A stretch of 12,558 nucleotides of DNA from Armatimonadota bacterium (GTDB lineage: Bacteria > Armatimonadota > Armatimonadia > Armatimonadales > Armatimonadaceae), in contig JAYUUO010000127.1 of the NCBI GenBank assembly GCA_043754515.1, positions 1 to 12,558 on the forward strand. The letters are read 5' to 3'. The notes under the pieces were generated by a model that worked only from the letters and a program-made list of their open reading frames with translations, had not been told where the DNA came from and did not search any database. The position numbers and the translations under genes are program-made. Positions 1 through 6,948 of the stretch are shown in pieces (the first letter of the stretch is position 1; every line of letters begins with the position of its first letter).

Positions 1-38
1 AGTTGATAGAACACGTTAAAATGTCGGCAACGAACCGG

Positions 39-473
39 GGCGAGATTAGAAGTATGCCAATGTTTCGACGTGGCGAAAACCAATGCGATTCGCAAGTACC
101 AGGGCCGTGGCATCGAAACCGCACAGGTCATTCGAGAACTTATCGATCTTGCGGAAGAGATGCGCGAGGCACAGGCGCACGGTGCTCTGCTTGGCACATG
201 ACGAAGTAGCGTTCTACGACGCGTCAGAGGTGAACGGTTCGGCGGTGAAAATCCTGGGCGATGCCGCACTTCAAGCCGTCGCCCGCGATTCAGTGAGGGC
301 GGTCCAAAGAGAACGTATCGGTCGTCTGAGCGATCAAGGAATCGGTGCGGGCGAACCTGCGCCACATCGTGAAGCGGGTTTTGCGGAAGCACGGCTACCT
401 GTCGGACAAAATGGAGCGAGCGGTGGACATGGTACCACTGCAAGCGGAAACAGTAGCGAGCGAGTGGGCGTGG
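39..473 (+). pseudogene. hsdR: 3' remnant of type I restriction-modification subunit R (HsdR C-terminal, DUF3387-like region), frameshifted with internal stops
   Basis: Joining frames gives GEIRSM (frame 3), [37 protein letters not shown] (frame 1, TGA at 199-201), DEVAFYDASEVNGSAVKILGDAALQAVARDSVRAV (frame 2) and NVSVV*AIKESVRANLRHIVKRVLRKHGYLSDKMERAVDMVPLQAETVASEWA (frame 3). The TGA at 327-329 sits where the family has the conserved Trp of 'DW'. This matches the HsdR C-terminal pattern (AIRKYxNRAIETAQVIxELI...AFYDAL...RAxLRxxVKRxLRKYGYPPD) as recalled. Boundaries are approximate. Confidence 0.88.
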
Positions 474-480
474 TTCCCTA

Positions 481-1356
481 TTAGCCACGCACAACAAGAA
501 CAGAGCAATGTGCCAATTCGATTATAGGCGACGAAACGCTACCGAGGAAGTATTCCTCCAGAGGGCTACGCCGCCGCGCCCCGACGACCAGCAAATCCGC
601 GTCGGGCTTCTGCTCTTTGGCAATCCCGTTCGCTACTCCAAGAAGTTCCGTGACGGGATCGCCGTAGCGAACTTCTGTTGTAATTTCGCTCCCAGTAGCG
701 TGTAGTTCTTGGGCGGCTTCATTTAGTCGTTGACGTCCTTCCTCTTGTCCGTCGTGAACTGCGGAAGCGATGGCATGGCGCACGGATGCCGGAAGCCGTG
801 TGCTACTTTGTGCCGCCATATCACTCGATATGGCGACATACACCAGATGAATGGCGCAGTCGGAGGGAATAGACAGACGCTTCAAAAAGCAAACTACGCC
901 GAGCGAATCCTCGGAATCATCTATGCCGATAACCACCCGTTTCAGTGCGTTGTTTGGTGCTCGTCCAATAAGCACGGAGCAGGGGGAGTGACGGGCGATG
1001 CCGAGAGCCACGCTTCCCAGAAAGAAGTGCGCGACCCGGCTGTGTCCCCGCGAACCCGTGACCACTAGGTCGGCGGGTAACATTTCGGCGGCGACCTGTA
1101 TCCGTTCCACAATCCGGCTTGTCGCGAGGCGAGTTTGTGTATAGTTCGTCGTGATCTGCCCCGCGAAACCGCCCAGTGCTGTGCGTGTCGCCGCGAAAAT
1201 CGCCTCTGCCTTTTCCGCGCACCCGGCCTCGCCCGCCGTTTCTCGTCGAATAGTTAGAATATGCAGGTGTGTGTCCAGCGAGGGAGCGAAACCGGCAAGA
1301 AAGTGCGCGGCATCGGTTGCTCCCTCCGAGCCGTCCGTAACCAAGAGAATGTTCAT
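481..1356 (-). CDS. Universal stress protein, two tandem USP domains (291 aa)
   Basis: Domain 1: MNILLVTDGS...ADLVVTGSRGHSRVAHFFLGSVA. Domain 2: RVVIGIDDSE...GDPVTELL...DLLVVGARRRS...LGSVS...CSVLVVR. The ATG overlaps the upstream stop (ATGA, 1356-1353). Confidence 0.95.
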   Translation of the reverse strand: MNILLVTDGSEGATDAAHFLAGFAPSLDTHLHILTIRRETAGEAGCAEKAEAIFAATRTALGGFAGQITTNYTQTRLATSRIVERIQVAAEMLPADLVVTGSRGHSRVAHFFLGSVALGIARHSPCSVLIGRAPNNALKRVVIGIDDSEDSLGVVCFLKRLSIPSDCAIHLVYVAISSDMAAQSSTRLPASVRHAIASAVHDGQEEGRQRLNEAAQELHATGSEITTEVRYGDPVTELLGVANGIAKEQKPDADLLVVGARRRSPLEEYFLGSVSSPIIELAHCSVLVVRG

Positions 1357-2249
1357 AAAATGCTACTTTCTTCTGCGTCGCCATCCAGTGGTCGGCACAC
1401 CAGCACAGAACAAGGTGCCTGCCATAAGAGACGACCAGAAACACTGCCTATAAAAAAGCGTTCGATGCCGCTGAGACCGCGAGACCCGGTAACGATTAGA
1501 TCGGCGTGTGCGCCAACGGCGACGTTGATCAGTTCGGTTGCCGGATCGCCGTATACGATTTCTGTTATCACCCTCGCGCCGTGGGCTTCTAGCTCGCCGC
1601 GCAGATCCGACAACACTTCTTGGGCATGAAGCCTTACCGCGTCTTGTTTGGCACGGCTTTCCAAACCCGCTTCGGTTGGCATTTCAGGCAACCCAATCCA
1701 CCCGGCTTGCGGAAGCACGGTAGTAAGGCGCAAGATACAACCCTGTGGAAGCGGTAAAGTCGTCGCGGCAAACATCGCGGCATCGGTCGCGCCGGTTGAT
1801 CCGTCTACCCCAACGACAATCTGTTCAAGCGGCGGTAACGTTTCCGCGTGTGTAGTCGCGCCCTCCGACATTCGCGCAACCAACACGGGAATGTTAGCGT
1901 AGCGGGCGACCGCCTCCGCGACGCTACCGAGCAGGAAACGCGCGATAGCTGATCGTCCCCGCGCTCCAACCACAATCATATCGGATTCGGCGATCTCGGA
2001 CTCCCAAAGAATCCTATCCACAATCTCGCTGGTGCTATCCGCACGAAACGCGGCGCGGGTGAAGTGACCGGCGAAATCGCCGATAGCCTCTCGCGCCCGG
2101 TGCAGTGCGAACGTCCCGTCGTCCGTTTGATCCCCATCGGTCGCAATCACCAGATGGACGTGAGCGTTCGGGTGGTGTCCAAGGCGCGGCAGGAACCGCG
2201 CCGCAGCAAGGTTGCTGTCGGAGCCGTCGGTCGCAAACAGTATCCTCAT
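1353..2249 (-). CDS. Universal stress protein, two tandem USP domains (298 aa)
   Basis: MRILFATDGS...VVGARGRSAIARFLLGSVAEAVARYANIPVLVAR; IVVGVDGS...GDPATELI...TGSRGLSGIERFFIGSVS...CSVLV. GGAG Shine-Dalgarno 8 nt before the ATG. Confidence 0.95.
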   Translation of the reverse strand: MRILFATDGSDSNLAAARFLPRLGHHPNAHVHLVIATDGDQTDDGTFALHRAREAIGDFAGHFTRAAFRADSTSEIVDRILWESEIAESDMIVVGARGRSAIARFLLGSVAEAVARYANIPVLVARMSEGATTHAETLPPLEQIVVGVDGSTGATDAAMFAATTLPLPQGCILRLTTVLPQAGWIGLPEMPTEAGLESRAKQDAVRLHAQEVLSDLRGELEAHGARVITEIVYGDPATELINVAVGAHADLIVTGSRGLSGIERFFIGSVSGRLLWQAPCSVLVCRPLDGDAEESSIL

Positions 2250-2328
2250 TTGGTAGTCTCCACTTAGTTCTGTAGTCTACAAGCGGGAAGCACTCGTGTG
2301 CGTCCCGAAACAACATATTCCTAGTGCC

Positions 2329-5172
2329 TCACCTGTGCCACTTATCCACGGTGCGGGTGGCTAACTTGCTGATTTCCCGTAGCCACAGCACCGAACTCGC
2401 CACCGCGACGCACCGGAGCCAGTCACCAGGGTTTAGGCTCACGGTCGAAAAAGCGTTCTGCAAAAATGGTGTGTAAATAACTGCGACTTGCAGAACAAGC
2501 GACAAGCCCACCGCGCACCACAGGTAACGGTTGTGGAAAAGCCCGACGAACGCGCTTTGCTCGCCCGACCGGGCGTTAAAAACGTTGAACAGTTGGAACA
2601 GCACCAGCGTGGTAAATGCCATCGTTTGCCCGTAGCGTAGACTCCCCGAACCGGCAATCAAGCCGCCTGGAAGCGATGCGTCCAGCACCAGCAACGTTCC
2701 AGCCGCCATTATTGCTCCTACAAAAAATGCTCCCGCCCACATTCGCGCCGTCACCACGCCCTCGCCGATAGGGCGCGGCGGACGCGCCATTAAGCCGGAC
2801 TCGGCGGGGTCAACACCTAAGGCAAGGGCCGGCGCACCGTCCGTAACAAGATTCACCCACAGAATTTGTGTCGCCAGAAGCGGCAGTACCACTGTGTCAC
2901 TGTTACCGAGAGCGTCCAGCCCCAGTGTTTTCGCCAGAATCACTCCGAAGAACATGGTCGCCACCTCGCCGATGTTTGACGACATCAAAAAGCGTAGGAA
3001 CTTGCGGATATTGTCGAAGATAGCGCGTCCTTCCTCAACCGCCGCAACAATCGTGGCGAAGTTGTCGTCGATCAGAATCACGTCGGCGGCTTCCTTAGAA
3101 ACGTCCGTACCGGTGATGCCCATCGCAATGCCAATGTCAGCGTTCTTCAGGGCAGGCGCGTCGTTCACTCCATCGCCAGTCATGGCGACGATCGCGCCGC
3201 CGCTTCGCAGTGCCTTGACGATACGCAGTTTGTGTTGCGGGCTCACGCGGGCATACACCGACACATCAAGCACACCTTGTGCGAGTGCCTCCTCCGTCAT
3301 CGCTTCGATTTCTGCACCGGTTAGGGCGCGACTGCCCGCCGGGACAATGCCGAGTTCGGCGGCGATAACAATCGCGGTCTTCGGATGATCGCCGGTAATC
3401 ATTACGGGGCGAATCCCGGCTTCACGCGCCCGCGCCACGGCTTCTTTCGCTTCGGCACGGGGCGGATCAATCATGCCGATCACACCTAAAAACGTCAGGT
3501 CGTTTTCTATATTTGTGTTCACGCTTTCGAGGGGTGTGTGTTCGGAAAACGGGCGTTCGGCGATTCCAAGCGTCCGCAAGGCTTCCCCCGCAAGCACGTT
3601 GCACGCCGCCGTGATTGACGCCCGTCGCGCGGCGGTGAGTCGCACGGATTCCGCGCCTATTAATTCGTGTGTGCAACGGGTGAGTAAAACATCGGGTGCG
3701 CCTTTGACAAAAACGAACCGATTGTTTTCACAGTCGACATCAGTGAAAACCGCGCTCATCAACTTTCGCTCCGATGAGAACGGAACTTCGGCGACGCGAA
3801 CAAAGCGTTTTTCCATCACCGCTTTTTCGATGCCCGCTTTGCGTGCCGCGACAATCAATGCTCCTTCCGTCGGGTCGCCATGCACCGTCCATGCCCCATT
3901 CGCCTCCTGCAAAAGCGCGTTGCTTGCCCGGTCAGCAACAGTCAGCGTTCGTAGTAACTCCGCGAGCCGTGTGGGGTCGGGCGGTGTGTCATCCTCTGCT
4001 TTGATGTTTCCCGTAGGCGCGTATCCCGTGCCACCCACGTTCACACGCCCGCTCGCCGTGACGACGGCGTGAACCGTCATCTCGTTTTTCGTCAGTGTGC
4101 CGGTTTTGTCTGATGCGATGATCGTTGCCGAGCCGAGCGTTTCCACCGCCAATAAGTGCCGCACAATCGCGTTCCGTTTTGCCATCCGTTGCACACCGAG
4201 CGAAAGCACCGTAGTCACGATGGTGGGCAATCCTTCGGGAACCGCCGCGACCGCGAGCGCGACGCCGAGTATCAAAACATCGAACAATGCGGACATACCG
4301 CGCACATTCTCGACGACGATAATGGTTCCTGTCATCAACACGGCGATAGCGAAGACGAAGACGCCGAGCCGCTTGCCGAAATGATCCAATTCCTTTTGTA
4401 GCGGTGTTGATTCGTCGGGAGCGTCCTTCAAGAGCGTGGCGATTTGTCCCATCTCGGTTTGCATTCCCGTCGCGGTGACAACCGCCATGCCGCGCCCATA
4501 CGTTGCCGCAGTGCCGCTGAAAATCATGTTGCGTCGGTCGGCAAGTTCGGCATCCCCCGTGATAGCCGCAGTGTTTTTTTCCACCGGCACGCTCTCGCCC
4601 GTGAGCGTTGCCTCGGCGACCTGAAGCGACGTGGACTCAATCAGCCTTGCGTCGGCGGGGATGGTGTCGCCCTCCTCGAAAAGCAACACGTCGCCCATGA
4701 CAACTTCCGCCGAGGGAACGCTTTTCCGTGTCCCGCCGCGCAAAACATTCGCTTTCGCCGCGCCCATTTGCCGCAACGCCGCGACCGCCGTCTCCGCCCG
4801 TGCTCCCTGCACATAACCCATCACCGCGTTCGCCAGCACGACGGCGAGAATCGCCATTGCTTCGTAAGGTAGCGATGAGTCTCGCTCGATCAACCACAGC
4901 ACAAATGAGATGCCGGTAGCGACAAGGAGCAGAACCACCAGCCTATCAGCGAACTGCGCTAGGAACTTTCGCCATGCCGGGGTAGTGGCTTTCGCAGTCA
5001 ATTCGTTACGCCCGTTTTGTGTCAGACGGCTTGCCGCTTCGGCGTCGGTCAAGCCGTGTTTCGCATCTGTGATGAGAGCAACCAGCACTTGCTCGAAGGG
5101 TTGCCGGTACGCGGCAGGTGCGTCGGCTTGGAGTAATGGATCGGTCGAGGTCAGGATGTTTGCCACTACCAT
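2329..5172 (-). CDS. Cation-translocating P-type ATPase, type IIA (SERCA/PacL/CtpF-like, probably Ca2+), about 947 aa
   Basis: Motifs TGES, PEGLP, DKTGTLT, KGAP, DPPR, MITGD and TGDGVNDAPALK; TM5 SSNIGE; TM6 QILWVNLVTDG. Start moved from the TTG at 5244 to the ATG at 5172 (MVVANILTS), which has GGGGGAG ending 9 nt upstream. Confidence 0.95.
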   Translation of the reverse strand: MVVANILTSTDPLLQADAPAAYRQPFEQVLVALITDAKHGLTDAEAASRLTQNGRNELTAKATTPAWRKFLAQFADRLVVLLLVATGISFVLWLIERDSSLPYEAMAILAVVLANAVMGYVQGARAETAVAALRQMGAAKANVLRGGTRKSVPSAEVVMGDVLLFEEGDTIPADARLIESTSLQVAEATLTGESVPVEKNTAAITGDAELADRRNMIFSGTAATYGRGMAVVTATGMQTEMGQIATLLKDAPDESTPLQKELDHFGKRLGVFVFAIAVLMTGTIIVVENVRGMSALFDVLILGVALAVAAVPEGLPTIVTTVLSLGVQRMAKRNAIVRHLLAVETLGSATIIASDKTGTLTKNEMTVHAVVTASGRVNVGGTGYAPTGNIKAEDDTPPDPTRLAELLRTLTVADRASNALLQEANGAWTVHGDPTEGALIVAARKAGIEKAVMEKRFVRVAEVPFSSERKLMSAVFTDVDCENNRFVFVKGAPDVLLTRCTHELIGAESVRLTAARRASITAACNVLAGEALRTLGIAERPFSEHTPLESVNTNIENDLTFLGVIGMIDPPRAEAKEAVARAREAGIRPVMITGDHPKTAIVIAAELGIVPAGSRALTGAEIEAMTEEALAQGVLDVSVYARVSPQHKLRIVKALRSGGAIVAMTGDGVNDAPALKNADIGIAMGITGTDVSKEAADVILIDDNFATIVAAVEEGRAIFDNIRKFLRFLMSSNIGEVATMFFGVILAKTLGLDALGNSDTVVLPLLATQILWVNLVTDGAPALALGVDPAESGLMARPPRPIGEGVVTARMWAGAFFVGAIMAAGTLLVLDASLPGGLIAGSGSLRYGQTMAFTTLVLFQLFNVFNARSGEQSAFVGLFHNRYLWCAVGLSLVLQVAVIYTPFLQNAFSTVSLNPGDWLRCVAVASSVLWLREISKLATRTVDKWHR

Positions 5173-5473
5173 AAAACTGTTCTCCCCCGTGTGGGCGGAC
5201 TGCCAAACGGTTGTGTGTCGAGCACCGCGCGGATACGTCCCCAAAGCGTTAGATAAACCTGGATCTTGAGTTGAAGCAAGCCAGTCATCCCGATGTTGAA
5301 AGAAGTTGCTGAGCTTTAGCCCTACAAAAGGATGACCTTCATGATCAGTATACAGAATTCTACCGCCAAATCGGCACTATCCCTCGTCGCCAAGCGTTTC
5401 GCCGTCTCGGGCGCACTGTCGCCCGTGGTCGCGAGTGCGCCGCTACCCGAGAGACAGCGACGCGTCGTTGGCC

Positions 5474-5500
5474 AGTCGAAAACCGCAACGGTTTGTCGAG
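5474..5500 (+). repeat. Hairpin motif copy 1 (AGTCGAAAACCGCAACGGTTTGTCGAG), at the 3' end of a ~141-bp insertion
   Basis: Imperfect palindrome; 23/28 aligned positions match the reverse complement of 5610-5637. Confidence 0.75.
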
Positions 5501-5609
5501 AGATGACCTCTCTTTTCGTGACGATCGACGACTTCCTGAAGGAACAACCCCTCTGGAGACGATGGCGTCGCTCTCCTAACAACAGCCCCCGCTTCACCGA
5601 CGCCGAGGT

Positions 5610-5637
5610 CTCGACGAAACCGCCGCAGTTTTCGATT
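5610..5637 (-). repeat. Hairpin motif copy 2, a 28-bp insertion in inverted orientation
   Basis: Reverse complement is AATCGAAAACTGCGGCGGTTTCGTCGAG. Removing these 28 bp restores GCC GAG GTG CTC ACG GTG GCC (AEVLTVA) in the transposase frame. Confidence 0.75.
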
Positions 5638-6451
5638 GCTCACGGTGGCCTTGACGCAGGGGTGTCCGAAGGTGGCCACGCTCAAACACACCTACCGGGT
5701 TGTCGCCCCCGCCTTCCCCCTGTTGCCTTTATAGGCCCAGTTCATGGCTCGCGGGACAAATTGCTCCGCGATTCTCCCGACCCTTGCCTCGCGAGGCCTC
5801 GCCAGCCGCCTACCTTCACAAAAATAACTAAGGCCGGTACTTCGGTTCAATTTACACGTCATCGCCTACCGTGTCGGCACGGTCTTGTGCGTCTTCCTCA
5901 CGCCTATTAACACGCCCGATCAGGATGTGGCGTTGGCCTTCGCCCTAGCGATGAATAGCGGTACTCAGCTCGCCCGCGTGCCTATCGGACTAAGGAGCTA
6001 GAGACAGAATTCGGCGAGCAGATTAATTAGTGCTAACAACCCCAAGAACAGTGACGACGAGAGCCGAACGTTGGTCTCAAAAAATTCGCATCAGGCGATT
6101 CTCTTGAGCAGTTTACGTGAGTGGATCGGGATCACGTTCAGCCAGTTGCATGAGCGGTTCATTGACTGCGTGAGTTAGTGCTCCTTCCATGAACTGTGAA
6201 ATACCGTGAATCTCAAGATTCTGCGCCTCGATTTCTGTCTCTCGGGATTGTTGAGCCACTAAACCAACTCATGATCCGGGTCGAATCACTGCTCTCTGAA
6301 CTTCGGCGTCGCTTCCCGCTCCCCGACGGCGAGCAACATACGCGAGCGGAGCGGCTCAGGTGCCCTCGTCAGGAAGCGAAGTATGATTCTGAATGGCGCG
6401 CCGGTTCCATTTCGCAACAGGCGCGCCTCGTCCATCGTGTAGCCGCGACCG

Positions 6452-6904
6452 CTACTTGGCATCGCCGCCCCGCAACGCCTCGCGCAGCTCCATGAGGAGC
6501 ATACCCAGCATGTTCTTGCCAGTGCCGTCCTTGCCGCACCCCCAGTAGTAATCGTCGCCCGTCTTCTCGATCAACTCCTCGCTACCGGTCGCTTCGAGCA
6601 GTTCGCGTAGCTCCGCGTGCGTGTCGAACTTGGCGCGGAGGGCGCGGCGCATTGCGTCGTCCTTGACCTGATTCCAGTCGGCGCGGAGCGGGCGGCTCCG
6701 CTCCCGGCCCATATCGGCGGCTTTTTTCGGCGTACGCGCGTCCGCTACCGCCTCGAAGTCGGCGAGCGAGCCGACAAATTTCTGCGCCTGAAAGTAGTGT
6801 TCGCTGGTCTGCCAGTACCGCCCGTCGAGCGTGAAGCCGAACGGCGAGAAGTTAGAAAATACGCCGTACGGCTTCTCGGTCTGTAGGTAAAAGTAGATCG
6901 CCAT
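6452..6904 (-). CDS. ybiA: NADAR family protein (YbiA/RibX-like N-glycosidase, 150 aa)
   Basis: YGVFSNF, TSEHYFQAQKF, R-DW-QVKDDAM...AKF, L-ATG-EELIE, DYYWG-G-DG-GKNMLG-LLM-LRE. AAGGGA upstream of the ATG. Confidence 0.93.
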   Translation of the reverse strand: MAIYFYLQTEKPYGVFSNFSPFGFTLDGRYWQTSEHYFQAQKFVGSLADFEAVADARTPKKAADMGRERSRPLRADWNQVKDDAMRRALRAKFDTHAELRELLEATGSEELIEKTGDDYYWGCGKDGTGKNMLGMLLMELREALRGGDAK

Positions 6905-6927
6905 GGTACTGTGTGTCCCTTACACAT

Positions 6928-6936
6928 ACTATACCA
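6928..6936 (-). promoter_or_regulatory. Putative extended -10 promoter (TGgTATAGT) for the NADAR gene
   Basis: Minus strand reads cgTGGTATAGTatgtgtAAGGGAcacacagtaccATG, within the 44-bp gap. Confidence 0.55.
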
Positions 6937-6948
6937 CGAGTGGGAAGG

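Larger units (their letters stand above)
5341..6262 (+). pseudogene. IS982-like DDE transposase pseudogene with multiple frameshifts, stops, deletions and two insertions
   Basis: Reconstructed pieces: MISIQN..EMTSLFVTIDDFLKEQPLWRRWRRSPNNSPRFTDAEV|LTVALTQGCPKVATLKHTYRVVAPAFPLLPL*AQFMAR ... RYFG..LHVIAYRVGTVLCVFLTPINTPDQDVAL...AYR ... LLSSLREWIGITFSQLHERFIDCVS*CSFHEL*NTVNLKIL...GLLSH* (TAA 6260-6262). The 'F-IDD', 'F-D-EV-T', 'FG-KLH' and 'R--IET-FSQL' blocks are recalled as typical of IS982 transposases. AAAGGA precedes the ATG. Confidence 0.8.
5257..6281 (+). mobile_element. Degenerate IS982-like insertion sequence (1025 bp)
   Basis: Terminal inverted repeats: left 5257-5273 ACCTGGATCTTGAGTTG, right 6265-6281 (reverse complement ACCCGGATCATGAGTTG), 15/17 identical. 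The ACC(C) terminus and ~1 kb size fit IS982. The repeats enclose a decayed transposase. No target-site duplication is visible. Confidence 0.8.

Noticed and set aside
57..72. Possible 16-bp insertion in hsdR (CCAATGTTTCGACGTG) resembling the GTCGAAAAC hairpin motif
   Set aside because: Removing it gives GEIRSMAKTN, but similarity to the motif is only about 8 nt, too short to link the two.
83..527. ORFs 83-484 and 345-527 as independent genes
   Set aside because: Each holds only one frame-segment of the hsdR pseudogene.
2439..5269. Many antisense and alternate-frame ORFs over the ATPase (and likewise over 6900-11900)
   Set aside because: Expected shadow ORFs in GC-rich coding DNA; no motifs or translation signals, unlike the 12009 ORF.
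5245..5285. Hybrid outward promoter made by the IS left end
   Set aside because: TTGCTT and TTCAAC -35 candidates exist on the minus strand, but no acceptable TAnnnT lies at 16-18 bp.
5389..5473. Integron attC site
   Set aside because: The left end reads GCCAAG rather than the conserved AAC, the right end GTTGGCC deviates from GTTRRRY, and there is no cassette array or integrase.
5474..5637. CRISPR array or dif site
   Set aside because: Only two copies, inverted rather than direct, with no cas genes and no resemblance to the XerC/D consensus.
5332..5910. 192-aa ORF as a real protein
   Set aside because: It is a chimera of the transposase N-terminus, the in-frame insert and out-of-frame sequence after the 28-bp insertion.
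6390..6430. tRNA 3' fragment (att site) suggested by TGGCGCGCC
   Set aside because: No T-loop (GTTCRA) at the expected distance on the minus strand.
6196..6495. 99-aa ORF
   Set aside because: It spans the IS right end and runs antisense into the NADAR gene; no recognisable motif or RBS.
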